The translations under genes were made by a program, and so were the position numbers. Source: a virus. From it: 64,000 nt of DNA. The DNA is taken from positions 52,942 through 116,941 of the IMG/VR virus record IMGVR_UViG_3300025151_000017, one strand, 5' to 3'. Position 1 is the stretch's first letter, and each line of letters begins with the position of its first letter. Positions 1 through 10,017 of the stretch are shown in pieces. The notes beneath the pieces are model-generated. The model saw only the letters and a program-made list of their open reading frames with translations. It was not told the origin of the DNA and ran no database searches.

Positions 1-1151
1 TGTTCCCTAGTATTATGGAGGACTTCTATAACCAGAGGAAAGTTGCCAAGAAAGAAATGCTTCAGGCACAACAGTTGTATGAAAATGAAAACGATCCTCG
101 CCAACTAAAAGTAATATCAAGCAAGAACAATTATCAGATGGGTATGAAGATTGCTCTTAACTCTGCTTATGGTGCACTTGGTAATCAATACTTTAGATAC
201 TTTGATTTAAAAATGGCTGAAGCTATTACCACCTCTGGTCAACTATCTATCCGATGGATACATGATAGAATGAATGATTATCTAAACAAAATAATTGGTA
301 CAGATAATGAAGACTATATTATTGCTGTTGATACAGATTCTATTTATGTCACATTTGAGAAACTTGTTGATAAGGTTATGGGAGAAAAACAATCTGACAT
401 AAATAAAACTATTAAGTTCCTAGACACCATTTGTAATGAAAAGTTTATGCCATATATAAATCAACAGTATGAAGAACTTGCTAAAAGGCAGAATGCTTTT
501 GCTAACAAGATGGTAATGGAAAGAGAAGTTCTAGCTGATAAAGGTTTATGGACAGCTAAGAAAAGATATGTTCTTTCAGTATATAATTCAGAAGGTGTAT
601 CTTATAAAAAACCTAAGATGAAGATTATGGGTTTAGAGATGATTAAATCATCTACTCCCCATTCTGTTCGTGAGTTGTTGAAAGAAGCTATACCAACGAT
701 TCTTCATGGTGGTCAAAATGATTTGTATAAATTTATTGAGGATGCTAGAACACAATTTAACTCTCTTCCTGTTGAAGAGATTGCTTTTCCTAGATCGGTA
801 AATGGTTTGAAAAACTATCGTGACAGCATGAGCATATATCGCAAAGCAACTCCTATTCATGTAAGAGGTGCCTTGCTCTACAATCATTACTTGAAGGAAA
901 AGAACATTACTCTCAGATATAATGATATTAAAGAGGGTGAAAAAATCAAGTTTGTATATCTTAAAAAACCTAATGTCATCAGGGAGAATGTTATATCCTT
1001 CCTAGATGTCGTGCCTAAAGAGTTCGGTATTCATGAATATGTGGACTATGACCTGATGTTTGAGAAGGTGTTTTTAGATCCCATTGAGATTATGGTACAG
1101 AGTCTAGGCTGGAAAGTAAGTCAAACAGCGAGTCTTGAGGACTTCTTCTAG
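1..1151 (+). CDS. 43: Family B DNA polymerase (T4 gp43-like), 5'-partial
   Basis: Motifs KIALNSAYGALGN, IIAVDTDSIY, KKRY and KIMGLE. The frame stays open to the window start (FPSIMEDFY). C-terminus is SLEDFF. Confidence 0.97.
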   Translation, partial: FPSIMEDFYNQRKVAKKEMLQAQQLYENENDPRQLKVISSKNNYQMGMKIALNSAYGALGNQYFRYFDLKMAEAITTSGQLSIRWIHDRMNDYLNKIIGTDNEDYIIAVDTDSIYVTFEKLVDKVMGEKQSDINKTIKFLDTICNEKFMPYINQQYEELAKRQNAFANKMVMEREVLADKGLWTAKKRYVLSVYNSEGVSYKKPKMKIMGLEMIKSSTPHSVRELLKEAIPTILHGGQNDLYKFIEDARTQFNSLPVEEIAFPRSVNGLKNYRDSMSIYRKATPIHVRGALLYNHYLKEKNITLRYNDIKEGEKIKFVYLKKPNVIRENVISFLDVVPKEFGIHEYVDYDLMFEKVFLDPIEIMVQSLGWKVSQTASLEDFF

Positions 1152-1154
1152 ACC

Positions 1155-1183
1155 TTTACTTTTAAGTTTTTTTAGGGTAGAAT
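1155..1183 (+). promoter_or_regulatory. sigma70-like phage promoter TTTACT-N17-TAGAAT
   Basis: TTTACT 1155-1160 and TAGAAT 1178-1183. 1154-1190 is identical to 45995-46031. Confidence 0.8.
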
Positions 1184-1190
1184 GATAATA

Positions 1191-1484
1191 ATGAAAAAAT
1201 TAATTGCTATATCGATGATGCTCGGAGTGACTATGTGTGCTCCACCAGCTTATTCTGCACCGATGACTAAGGTATATGGTCCAAACTGTACGACTGAGAC
1301 TACTTCTATTGTACAGAATGGTATTATTGTATCGGAGATCGTCACAACTAAATGTAAAGAAGAAACTCAACAGGGTCGTCAAAAGTTTGACCCAGAGAAT
1401 AATCCTTCTGACGCATTACTAAATGAAGCAGCAAAGCTGGGTATGTACACCATCTTTATTAAATTAATTACTGAAATGAACTAG
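1191..1484 (+). CDS. Hypothetical secreted protein
   Basis: MKKLIAISMMLG...AYSA looks like a signal peptide. ATG lies 7 nt after the -10 box. Confidence 0.6.
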   Translation: MKKLIAISMMLGVTMCAPPAYSAPMTKVYGPNCTTETTSIVQNGIIVSEIVTTKCKEETQQGRQKFDPENNPSDALLNEAAKLGMYTIFIKLITEMN

Positions 1485-1494
1485 AGGATATATT

Positions 1495-1614
1495 ATGAAA
1501 ATAATTATTGGGATTGCTATTGGGATTGGTATTACTTACTTCTATCCTGAAATGGCAAATAATATAATTGAAATCGTGAAGGAGGTTAGTGATGTCATCA
1601 TTTCAAAAGTATAA
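1495..1614 (+). CDS. Small membrane protein (39 aa, not in ORF track)
   Basis: AGAGGA RBS. Sequence MKIIIGIAIGIGITYFYPEMANNIIEIVKEVSDVIISKV. Confidence 0.55.
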   Translation: MKIIIGIAIGIGITYFYPEMANNIIEIVKEVSDVIISKV

Positions 1615-2146
1615 AATCATACCAGTTCTTGGTATGTTAGTATTTCTTGCAGCATGCTCGACTACTAAAATTGCAACTGAAGCGAATCGTGATGGGGTAC
1701 TTAATAAAGTTCCTACATGGTATCTTGAAGCTGAAGTTGAAAAAGGACTAATTAGAAACAGGGATGCCGAAGACTTTATTTATGGTGTCGGTTCTTCAGT
1801 TTCTTATGACTTACAGTTCGCTCTTGATAAAGCTACTACTATTGCGAAGTCTGATTTGGCTGACCAAGTAAATGGTAGAATCACTCAAAATGAAAGTATA
1901 TATAAAGAGGAAGGATCTGGAGAAGGTGAAGACTTAATGGTTGAAAGATCTACAAGTCAAACAAATAATATCATTACTCCTACTTCACTTCCTGGATATG
2001 AAGAGTGGAACAAAGATGTATTCATTACTGCCGATGGTTTGTATCGAGTATATGTTGGTCTAAAGTGGTCTGAGAAAAACAATCGTTTAGCACCGAAAGT
2101 TGAATTGAAAACTATCAACCCAACTGAAGCTGTTCCATCTATTTAA
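1589..2146 (+). CDS. Lipoprotein, LPP20-like
   Basis: Lipobox LAAC, followed by VPTWY, IYGVG and A..KA..IAK..LA patterns. Confidence 0.65.
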   Translation: MMSSFQKYKIIPVLGMLVFLAACSTTKIATEANRDGVLNKVPTWYLEAEVEKGLIRNRDAEDFIYGVGSSVSYDLQFALDKATTIAKSDLADQVNGRITQNESIYKEEGSGEGEDLMVERSTSQTNNIITPTSLPGYEEWNKDVFITADGLYRVYVGLKWSEKNNRLAPKVELKTINPTEAVPSI

Positions 2147-2164
2147 ACTAAAGGAGATTAATTT

Positions 2165-3205
2165 ATGGTCGGATATTTAAATGACCTTATAGATAATCTC
2201 GGCAACGAGTACGCAGGTGTTGCGGAAAATGCACTAGACTCTGATGTTAATTTTGTAGACACAGGGTCTTATGCATTTAATGCGTTGTTGAGTGGATCTA
2301 TTTATGGAGGACTGCCAGGGAACAAGGTCACTGCCCTTGCTGGAGAAAGTTCTACAGGTAAAACTTTTTTCGCTCTAGGAGTTGCTAAAAACTTCCTGGA
2401 TATGGATAAAGAAGCAGGTGTAATATATTTTGAAACAGAGGGTGCACTTACTAAGCAGATCCTTGAAGACAGAGATATTGACACAAACAGATTTGTTATT
2501 GTACCAGTGACAACTATTCAAGAGTTTCGTACTCAAGCTGTGCGTATTCTTGAAAATCATAAATCAGTCCCTGAACCAGCTAGGAAACCAATCCTATTTT
2601 GTTTAGACTCTTTGGGTATGCTATCAACTGAAAAAGAAGTAGCAGATGTAGCAGAGGGTAAGGATACTCGTGATATGACGAGAGCACAATTAGTAAGAGG
2701 TGCTTTCAGAGTATTGAGTCTAAAACTCGCACAGCTTGATGTACCAATGATTGTGACCAATCATACTTACGATGTAATCGGATCTTATGTGCCTATGAAA
2801 GACATGGGTGGTGGAGGTGGCTTAAAGTATGCTGCATCTACAATCGTGTTCTTGGGTAAAAGTAAAGATCGTGATGGTACAGAAGTTGTAGGTAATATCA
2901 TAAAAGCTACTACACAAAAATCTAGGTTTACTAAAGAGCAAATGAAAGTTGAATGTAAACTTAATTTTGAAACAGGTTTATCTAGATACCATGGACTAAT
3001 TGACCTCGCAGTCGAAGCAGGTATCTGGGAAAGTGCTGGTGGTCGTATTACTGTAGATGGTAAAAAAGTATTTGGTAAAGCTATTATGAAAGAGCCAGAA
3101 AAGTTTTTTACTGAAGATGTATTGAAACAGATTGACGAACACTGTAAATCTAAATTTATGTATGGATCTGATGAGCAAGAAACCGATAACGATACAGGGG
3201 AATAA
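2165..3205 (+). CDS. uvsX: UvsX RecA-like recombinase
   Basis: Walker A GESSTGKT, DSLGML, DMTRAQ and MGGGGG; T4 synteny before gp41. Confidence 0.95.
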   Translation: MVGYLNDLIDNLGNEYAGVAENALDSDVNFVDTGSYAFNALLSGSIYGGLPGNKVTALAGESSTGKTFFALGVAKNFLDMDKEAGVIYFETEGALTKQILEDRDIDTNRFVIVPVTTIQEFRTQAVRILENHKSVPEPARKPILFCLDSLGMLSTEKEVADVAEGKDTRDMTRAQLVRGAFRVLSLKLAQLDVPMIVTNHTYDVIGSYVPMKDMGGGGGLKYAASTIVFLGKSKDRDGTEVVGNIIKATTQKSRFTKEQMKVECKLNFETGLSRYHGLIDLAVEAGIWESAGGRITVDGKKVFGKAIMKEPEKFFTEDVLKQIDEHCKSKFMYGSDEQETDNDTGE

Positions 3206-3668
3206 TCCCGAACAGTACGAACCAATCCACACAGCTGAAGATTATGTGTCTGAGGAGGATTACCTTACAGCGAAAGAAGAGTGGGAAAAAGAAAATTACC
3301 ACACTGATAAATTAAGGGATACCTCTCAGGCACAGCTACCACACGAAATCCTAGAAGAAACCAACGAACAAGGATTTATGAAACTTAGGATACTACAAGG
3401 TGTCCTAGAGGGTAAGGTTGTGTCTTTTGGTAAAGTATCATTTCAACCTACAGAAGATGAAACTATCAAACTTGATTACAGTTATGAGATAGAAGGTCCA
3501 GATAAATTTAGACCTGTACCAAAGGTTGAAGTGGAGAAAATACTTGGCGACTTTTTAATGGCTATGATTAAGGAGCAAATGGAACAAAAGAATATTCTCT
3601 TCAAAGGTGGAGAGGATGAAATGAAAAAGGCAGTAGAGCCAGAAACCTTTGAATATAAGGAAACTTGA
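3132..3668 (+). CDS. Hypothetical protein at the gp40 (head assembly chaperone) position
   Basis: Lies between uvsX and 41 as in T4. Start codon uncertain (possibly 3171). Confidence 0.5.
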   Translation: MTNTVNLNLCMDLMSKKPITIQGNNPEQYEPIHTAEDYVSEEDYLTAKEEWEKENYHTDKLRDTSQAQLPHEILEETNEQGFMKLRILQGVLEGKVVSFGKVSFQPTEDETIKLDYSYEIEGPDKFRPVPKVEVEKILGDFLMAMIKEQMEQKNILFKGGEDEMKKAVEPETFEYKET

Positions 3669-3693
3669 TTTTTAACTTTATTTTAAGTAGAAT
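3665..3693 (+). promoter_or_regulatory. Promoter TTGATT-N17-TAGAAT for the helicase
   Basis: -10 box at 3688-3693 and ATG at 3700 with no SD. Confidence 0.7.
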
Positions 3694-3699
3694 GTAATT

Positions 3700-5088
3700 A
3701 TGCGTATTGAAGAAACTATACTTTCCAATCTATTTCAAAATGATGAGTTTACTCGTAAAGCAATCCCCTTTATTAAAGGTGAGTATTTTTCTGAGCGAGG
3801 TGAACGAATTATATTTGAAGAGTTTGAAAAACTTTTCATGCAATATAATAATGTTCCTAGTCCTGAGATGATTGCTAATGAAGTCTTTGCTCGTAAAGAT
3901 TTATTTGAAGACGAACATAAAAACATGCAAGAGATGCTTGAGGATATAAAAGATATCCAGGCAGTAAATGAAAACTGGTTGTATGATAAAGCTGAAGAGT
4001 GGTGTAAAGAACGAGCAGTACATAATACTATTATGGACTCTATCAAGATTATTGATGGTAGAGATAAAAATCGTGACAAGGGTGCGATTCCTAAAATGAT
4101 GCAGGATGCTCTTGGTGTATGTTTTGATAATAGTGTTGGTCATGATTATCTTGAAGATTCTGATGACAGGTATGAATACTATCACAAGGTTGAAGAAAAG
4201 ATTAAGTTTGATATTGATTTATTGAATACCATTACTCGTGGTGGCTTGAGTAAAAAAACTCTTAACATAGCTATGGCTGGTACAGGTGTTGGTAAATCTT
4301 TGTTTATGTGTCATCATGCTTCATCAGTTTTGGCTGAAGGTATGAATGTTCTTTATATTACTATGGAGATGGCTGAAGAAAAAATCTCTGAAAGGATTGA
4401 TGCTAACTTATTGAACTTGGGTATGGACGAAATTAAAGTTGTCGACCATGATATCTTTAGTAAAAGAATTAACAAAATTAAAGACCATAATAATGGTAAG
4501 CTAATTGTAAAAGAGTATCCGACAGGTGGTGCCCATGCTGGGCACTTCCGTGCTTTACTTGAAGAACTAAAAGTAAAAAAAGGATTTACACCTGATATTA
4601 TTTTTATTGATTATCTAAACATCTGTGCTTCTCAAAGATTGAGGATGGGTGCAAATGTGAATACATATTCATATATTAAATCTATTGCTGAAGAACTAAG
4701 AGGATTGGCAGTTGAATATAACTGTCCTATCGTATCAGCAACTCAAACTACCAGAGGTGGATATAATAATACTGATGTCGGACTTGAAGATACTTCTGAA
4801 AGTTTTGGTTTACCAGCAACTGCTGATTTAATGTTTGCGATTATTGCTAGTGAAGAACTAGATAACATGGGACAGTGGATGATTAAGCAGTTGAAAAACA
4901 GATACTCCGATCCAAACTATTACAAAAGGTTTGTAGTTGGTGTTGATAAAAACAAGATGAGACTGTATAATGTAGAAGCATCTGCTCAGACTAATATCAT
5001 GGACTCTGGTCAGGATAATGATATCGGAGCAGTGTTTGATAAAAGTGAAGCAGGTGAACGATTAAATATGGAAGGGTTTAAGGTATGA
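3700..5088 (+). CDS. 41: Replicative DNA helicase gp41 (DnaB-like)
   Basis: AGTGVGKS, YITMEMAEE, IDYLNI, AEELRGLAVE, SESFGLPATAD and KQLKNRY. Confidence 0.97.
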   Translation: MRIEETILSNLFQNDEFTRKAIPFIKGEYFSERGERIIFEEFEKLFMQYNNVPSPEMIANEVFARKDLFEDEHKNMQEMLEDIKDIQAVNENWLYDKAEEWCKERAVHNTIMDSIKIIDGRDKNRDKGAIPKMMQDALGVCFDNSVGHDYLEDSDDRYEYYHKVEEKIKFDIDLLNTITRGGLSKKTLNIAMAGTGVGKSLFMCHHASSVLAEGMNVLYITMEMAEEKISERIDANLLNLGMDEIKVVDHDIFSKRINKIKDHNNGKLIVKEYPTGGAHAGHFRALLEELKVKKGFTPDIIFIDYLNICASQRLRMGANVNTYSYIKSIAEELRGLAVEYNCPIVSATQTTRGGYNNTDVGLEDTSESFGLPATADLMFAIIASEELDNMGQWMIKQLKNRYSDPNYYKRFVVGVDKNKMRLYNVEASAQTNIMDSGQDNDIGAVFDKSEAGERLNMEGFKV

Positions 5089-6386
5089 CAAAAATAATAA
5101 CTGCACCTAAAAAATTCGACTGTGAAGATAAACTTGGTTTTTTTGGTGATGAAAAAGATTACGAATTACTAGTTGATTGGGATTGTGATTTTTATGCTCC
5201 TACACCTATGGGTGAAGAAAACAGTGAAGCTAACATTATCTTCAAGTTTCGTAAAAATTGGTTTACTCAAGAACAACAAGACGAAGCATATGCAGGTTTG
5301 CGTGAAGCAGCAGGTGCCACAGAGAATCGTGGTCTGGCAGCAGGTACTGAAAAAACAGTTGCTCTAGGAAGTAGAGATTGGGTCACTAATTATCATAATG
5401 CTTTACTACAATACTTTATGTCTCCATCAGCTACACTTGATGGCTCGGATCCTGTAGAAGCTATACGACAAGAATATAAAGGCAGGGAAAAGATTGCTGA
5501 TGACAGTCGTGGTAAAGTATGGTTGGCACAAAAAGTTGCTGAAGAAGATTTCGTATTTGAAAACTGGGTTGAAGAAGTAAGAGTATTGCCACGAGATGAA
5601 ATGATTGCTGAAGCAACAAGAGTAAATGATAAACTAACATCTACAACTTCTTATGCTAACTCAGTGTTCTCTGGTATCGCAGGATACTTTGATAGATATC
5701 CTCGTATTCCTTTTGGTCGTCCTACCACTTATACTAGGGATAATTATGATAAGTTTGAGAGAGCATTCCCTTTCCTACAAAGATTATCAAATGGTTTTGA
5801 AGAACTGTTGCCTGTAAGACATGGTAAACAGATGGATGCTTGTAATAAACTAGATCCTAAATTTGTTATTCCTGGCACTGTTTTTACTACTGCTACTGTG
5901 AATAAAACTTTTAGAACAGCTTATCACAGAGATGCTGGTGATTTAAATGAAGGATTCTCTAATCTTACAGTCGTATCTAATAATGGTAAATACTCAGGTG
6001 GGTATCTAATACTTCCTGAATATAAAGTGGCTGTGAATATCCGTCCTGGAGATTTGCTATTGATTAACAATCACGATGGTATTCATGGTAATACACCAAT
6101 GGTACTAGAAGATGAAGAAGCTGAAAGAATATCTTTTGTATGTTATTTCAGAGAAAAAATGTTAGAACTTGGCTCTTGGGATTACGAACAAACTAGAGAA
6201 GAATATGTCACTGCTCGTAGAACTAATAAAGAACACCCTTTACAAAGACCACTATGGAATGGTATTAGTCCTGGCATGTGGGATGAAAAAGAGTGGTATG
6301 ATTTTCTTGAAAACAAATTAGGAACTGATGTATTGGTACAGTATCATCCTGACAGTCAAGCCAGTTCCCTGGAGAGTTTCTTTTAA
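5085..6386 (+). CDS. TET/JBP-family 2OG-Fe(II) dioxygenase (5-methylpyrimidine oxidase-like)
   Basis: VFTTATVNKTFRTAYHRDAGD (HxD), GGYLILPEY, PGDLLL, IHGNT (H) and ERISFVCYFRE (R). C-terminus is SSLESFF. Confidence 0.85.
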   Translation: MTKIITAPKKFDCEDKLGFFGDEKDYELLVDWDCDFYAPTPMGEENSEANIIFKFRKNWFTQEQQDEAYAGLREAAGATENRGLAAGTEKTVALGSRDWVTNYHNALLQYFMSPSATLDGSDPVEAIRQEYKGREKIADDSRGKVWLAQKVAEEDFVFENWVEEVRVLPRDEMIAEATRVNDKLTSTTSYANSVFSGIAGYFDRYPRIPFGRPTTYTRDNYDKFERAFPFLQRLSNGFEELLPVRHGKQMDACNKLDPKFVIPGTVFTTATVNKTFRTAYHRDAGDLNEGFSNLTVVSNNGKYSGGYLILPEYKVAVNIRPGDLLLINNHDGIHGNTPMVLEDEEAERISFVCYFREKMLELGSWDYEQTREEYVTARRTNKEHPLQRPLWNGISPGMWDEKEWYDFLENKLGTDVLVQYHPDSQASSLESFF

Positions 6387-7117
6387 TGGATTATAGATTA
6401 TTTAAAAATACTTATGTTCGTGAGATAGATGGTAAAGCATTACAAGTCGATAAAGATATGGTAAATGACTGTCTAGCTCATTACTCACAGTTTGACGATC
6501 TTGAGGATGCCATAGTTATGGACTGGGGTGCCAACATTGGTGGCTTCGGAAGAATGTTAATGGACAAACCAATAAAAAGATATATTGGTGTAGAGTGTCA
6601 TCCTGAAAACTTTGAGGTGATGGAAAAGAATCTAGGGGACGACCTGAGATTTGCTTTAATAGAAGCAGCAGTGACTAATCAAGATGCTGGTAATATAGAT
6701 TTATATATGACAGGCAGTAAACAAGAGTTCTGTTCAGGCACAACTAATCCTAAAAGTAATGCTGCGAAAAATATGAGAAAAAAGAAAGTTTCTGTGGCAA
6801 CTGTAAATGGGTATAGATTACTTGAAAAATATAAACCTACACATTTAAAATGCGATATCGAAGGAGAAGAATATCGTATGTTCGACCCAGACTGGCTCAT
6901 ACCTGATTCTGTAAAACAATTATCATTAGAGTTTCATTGGGCAGATAGAATACTGTCAGACTATGAAAGTACAGTTAGAGAGTCTCTCATCAGGCAAGGA
7001 TTTACACCTGTACAAGAAAAACTTAATTATGTCAAAGGGGATAAAAGAGTTATGTTCTTAGGTGAAGATATTTCTTACCGAAATGTATGGGGATTGGATA
7101 CACTGTACAAACGATGA
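6386..7117 (+). CDS. FkbM-family SAM-dependent methyltransferase
   Basis: DWGANIGGF, GVECHPENF, EAAV, LKCDIEGEE and LEFH. Confidence 0.85.
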   Translation: MDYRLFKNTYVREIDGKALQVDKDMVNDCLAHYSQFDDLEDAIVMDWGANIGGFGRMLMDKPIKRYIGVECHPENFEVMEKNLGDDLRFALIEAAVTNQDAGNIDLYMTGSKQEFCSGTTNPKSNAAKNMRKKKVSVATVNGYRLLEKYKPTHLKCDIEGEEYRMFDPDWLIPDSVKQLSLEFHWADRILSDYESTVRESLIRQGFTPVQEKLNYVKGDKRVMFLGEDISYRNVWGLDTLYKR

Positions 7118-8259
7118 AATATCTACACCCAGATAATATAGATAAACCTTACAAAGATTGGAGACTCCCTGAGAACAGGGTACAGATGTGTCTTCGGTCA
7201 TATGCTTGGCGAATGAAACATCGTGATGTTGACCATTACACTTATAATGAAGCATACATGACACGAGGTGCTATGACTGATGAGCAGAGGATTTATTTTT
7301 CCATGCTGTTTGGTATCACATACCAATCATCAATGGCTTGGGTTATCTGGTCACACTTTCCTGATATAGAAAAAATAAACTGGGAATATCTAGAAGAATG
7401 GAATAATGAAAATTATGCCAGACAACATTTTGCTAAAGACACAAAATATAACAAGGGAAAGTTTATCCCTATCCTAAAAGATATTCACGAAAAAGTCTTA
7501 CAACAATATGGCTCTCTTAGAGCATGGTTAGATACCTTTCAAGATTTCGACCATGCCTTAGAAGAGGTTATGTCAATTTATAGAATAGGTCGTATGTCTG
7601 GTTGGTTGACAACTCAAGCATTTTATGAGTTATGTGATGGGATGCGTCATATAAAACCAGAGAGTATGTTAGCGACAGATCCTTCTAATTGGTCAGTAAG
7701 ATCTGGACTGGTTTACATTTATAATAAACCAGAACTGATGGACTTAGATAGCAAAACCAAGTACAGCAGTGATGATATAAAATGGATTGAAAGAAAAGAA
7801 CAAGAATTTATAGAGAGTTGTAATGAGCATGTGAGTGATTATTTTAATAGTCCATTTACAATGGAAACCCACCTATGTCAATATAAGAAAATGATTAAGA
7901 CTGGTGGCGATGCTCCTGGGACTCCAACTCAAGATGCTTACACTCGTTGGTACAAATTAAAACAGGCATGGTCAGAGTTAGATTGGGATTTTTTTGAAGA
8001 TGTATCAAAGCATGCTGCACCTTGTGTACAGAAAACATTTCAGAATAAGATCCTAATGAAAACAGGTGCCATGACAGGTCAAATGATTAACATGCATGAC
8101 GATAATGATGACTTGCCTAATATGTACAAAGAGTTTGGTATAGAACAATCATGGCTTACTGACTTTGATGATTATACCAGACTAGAAATAAAGAATAATT
8201 TTAATAATTACTTGACAAAGATGTCAGGAGAAAAAGTCGGTCTAGAGGTTTACTTTTAA
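7114..8259 (+). CDS. aGPT-Pplase / amino acid:DNA transferase-like protein (HhH glycosylase fold)
   Basis: KDTKYNKG, IGRMSGW, SVRSGL and FTMETHLCQYKK, the ETxLCxxK motif typical of this family. ATGA overlap with the upstream gene at 7114. Confidence 0.72.
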   Translation: MKYLHPDNIDKPYKDWRLPENRVQMCLRSYAWRMKHRDVDHYTYNEAYMTRGAMTDEQRIYFSMLFGITYQSSMAWVIWSHFPDIEKINWEYLEEWNNENYARQHFAKDTKYNKGKFIPILKDIHEKVLQQYGSLRAWLDTFQDFDHALEEVMSIYRIGRMSGWLTTQAFYELCDGMRHIKPESMLATDPSNWSVRSGLVYIYNKPELMDLDSKTKYSSDDIKWIERKEQEFIESCNEHVSDYFNSPFTMETHLCQYKKMIKTGGDAPGTPTQDAYTRWYKLKQAWSELDWDFFEDVSKHAAPCVQKTFQNKILMKTGAMTGQMINMHDDNDDLPNMYKEFGIEQSWLTDFDDYTRLEIKNNFNNYLTKMSGEKVGLEVYF

Positions 8260-8277
8260 GAAATTCTAATATAGAAT
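8249..8277 (+). promoter_or_regulatory. Promoter TTTACT-N17-TAGAAT upstream of the inositol-1-phosphate synthase
   Basis: TTTACT 8249-8254 and TAGAAT 8272-8277. Confidence 0.75.
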
Positions 8278-8357
8278 TCTTATATATATGTTGATAGTGT
8301 GCTACTCTGATCCAGTCAAATATCACACTCTAATAAACTGATATAAAGGAGAAATAT

Positions 8358-9641
8358 ATGTCAAAAATAAATGTCGCCATTATTGGTGTCGGTAATTGTG
8401 CCAAGTCTTTAGTAGAGGGTGTACAATACTATATTCAAAATCCCGAAGATAAAGTTGGTTTAATGTATCCAGATATTGGAGGATACACTGTAAATGATAT
8501 CGAGTTCGTTTGTGGCTTCGATATTGACCCACGAAAAGTCGGAACTCACTTAATTAATGCATTACGATCCAGACCTAACTGTGCTATGGACCATGTCGAC
8601 TCGCTAGATTTTACTTGTGTAAATTCTCTAGCAGAAGTTTATTCAGGTCCAGTACTAGATGGTGTTGCTGACCACATGCTTGATTATCCAGAAGAAATAT
8701 CATTTAGAACAGGTGCAGATACTGCCCTATCTAAAAAACAAGTTGCTGAAAAACTTAACTTTCATAAAGTAGATGTGGTAATTAATTATTTACCAGTTGG
8801 TTCTGAGAAAGCTACAGAGTTCTATATGGCAGCATGTCTAGAAGCTGGTTGTCATTTCGTAAACTGTATTCCTACATTAATCGAAACTAACAAATCTAAA
8901 TTAGTAGAGCAATCATTTATTGATAAAGGACTTACTATTGTTGGTTCTGATATGAGATCTGCTTGGGGTGCTTCTAGATTATCTGAGGTATTACAAGGAG
9001 CAATGATAGACTCTGGTTTACAAGTGACGCAACATATTCAAATGAATATGGCAGCAGGGTCTACACAAGGTCAAGAAAATATTCGTACAGGTAGAACAGC
9101 AAATACTGACTTCTTAAATATGGCTTACAAAGAAAGATTACATAGTAAGCATGTATCTAAGGAGAATGTTTTGAAAGGTCAAAATGTTGTTAGGGAAGAA
9201 CCAACAGCTGGTATGACTTTATATGCTGGACCAAGTCTTACAGTATTTCAAAAACCAGGAGGGGATTATGTTGGCTCCGATAATAAAATTGCCAACCTAG
9301 ATATTGTTGCTTATGGTTTTGGTGGGGCAAGGTATGAAATGTCAGCTAGACTTTCAGTACAAGATTCGCCAAACTCAGGAGGAGTGGTGGTATCGGCTAT
9401 TCGTTTCTGTAAGGTTGCTTCTGAGATGGGTATAGTTGGTTTCCTAAGAGGTCCAAGTGCTTGGACACAAAAGACACCTCCTGTACAATTAAAAACTGAG
9501 GATGCTAAGTTTGAATGTGACGCACTTGCTCGCAGAGAACTTACTAAAATGACAGAGCCACAGTTAAAGAAAAATAATCCTAAAGCATTAGACTTGCCTT
9601 ATACATATCAAGCTGGTCATACTGATTATGAAAACAATTAA
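8358..9641 (+). CDS. ino1: Myo-inositol-1-phosphate synthase
   Basis: VAIIGVGNCAKSLVEG, DVVINYLPVGS, FVNCIP, GSDMRS.WGAS, NTDFLNM, SDNK, DSPNSGGVV and KTPP. Confidence 0.92.
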   Translation: MSKINVAIIGVGNCAKSLVEGVQYYIQNPEDKVGLMYPDIGGYTVNDIEFVCGFDIDPRKVGTHLINALRSRPNCAMDHVDSLDFTCVNSLAEVYSGPVLDGVADHMLDYPEEISFRTGADTALSKKQVAEKLNFHKVDVVINYLPVGSEKATEFYMAACLEAGCHFVNCIPTLIETNKSKLVEQSFIDKGLTIVGSDMRSAWGASRLSEVLQGAMIDSGLQVTQHIQMNMAAGSTQGQENIRTGRTANTDFLNMAYKERLHSKHVSKENVLKGQNVVREEPTAGMTLYAGPSLTVFQKPGGDYVGSDNKIANLDIVAYGFGGARYEMSARLSVQDSPNSGGVVVSAIRFCKVASEMGIVGFLRGPSAWTQKTPPVQLKTEDAKFECDALARRELTKMTEPQLKKNNPKALDLPYTYQAGHTDYENN

Positions 9642-10017
9642 CACATTTGATATCGATGGTGTCATCTTTATGGGTGATTACAATGGAGTGTATCCGAGTA
9701 AGGATGACATCATCATCACAGGTAGATCTATTGAAGAGTGGGATGAAACTTCTGCTATGCTAAAATCAAAAGGTATAGACAACGAAGTGTTTATGAACCC
9801 AACAAACTTTGCTCAAAAAACTAGGGAAGGATCTGGGGTACATAAAGCAACCATAATTAAATGGCTTGAACAAGATAGAGGAGTAAAAGTTGGAATACAT
9901 TTTGAAGACGATCCTATACAAATCAGAGAAATATCTAAAAGATGTCCTGAGGTAAAAATTGTTCATCTTGTACATACATTGGTAGAAAAAGAAAATAAAA
10001 GGAGACCATTCAAATGA
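9628..10017 (+). CDS. Small capless HAD-family phosphatase
   Basis: FDIDGV (motif I), ITGRS (II), K (III) and FEDD (IV). Confidence 0.8.
   Translation: MKTINTFDIDGVIFMGDYNGVYPSKDDIIITGRSIEEWDETSAMLKSKGIDNEVFMNPTNFAQKTREGSGVHKATIIKWLEQDRGVKVGIHFEDDPIQIREISKRCPEVKIVHLVHTLVEKENKRRPFK

Noticed and set aside
15-1151. Split DNA polymerase starting at ATG 15
   Set aside because: The frame is open to the window edge and reads as mid-polymerase sequence, so truncation by the window is the simpler explanation.
6386-7117. DNA cytosine methyltransferase supplying 5mC to the TET
   Set aside because: It has FkbM motifs and lacks the C5-MTase PC/ENV motifs and the amino-MTase DPPY motif.
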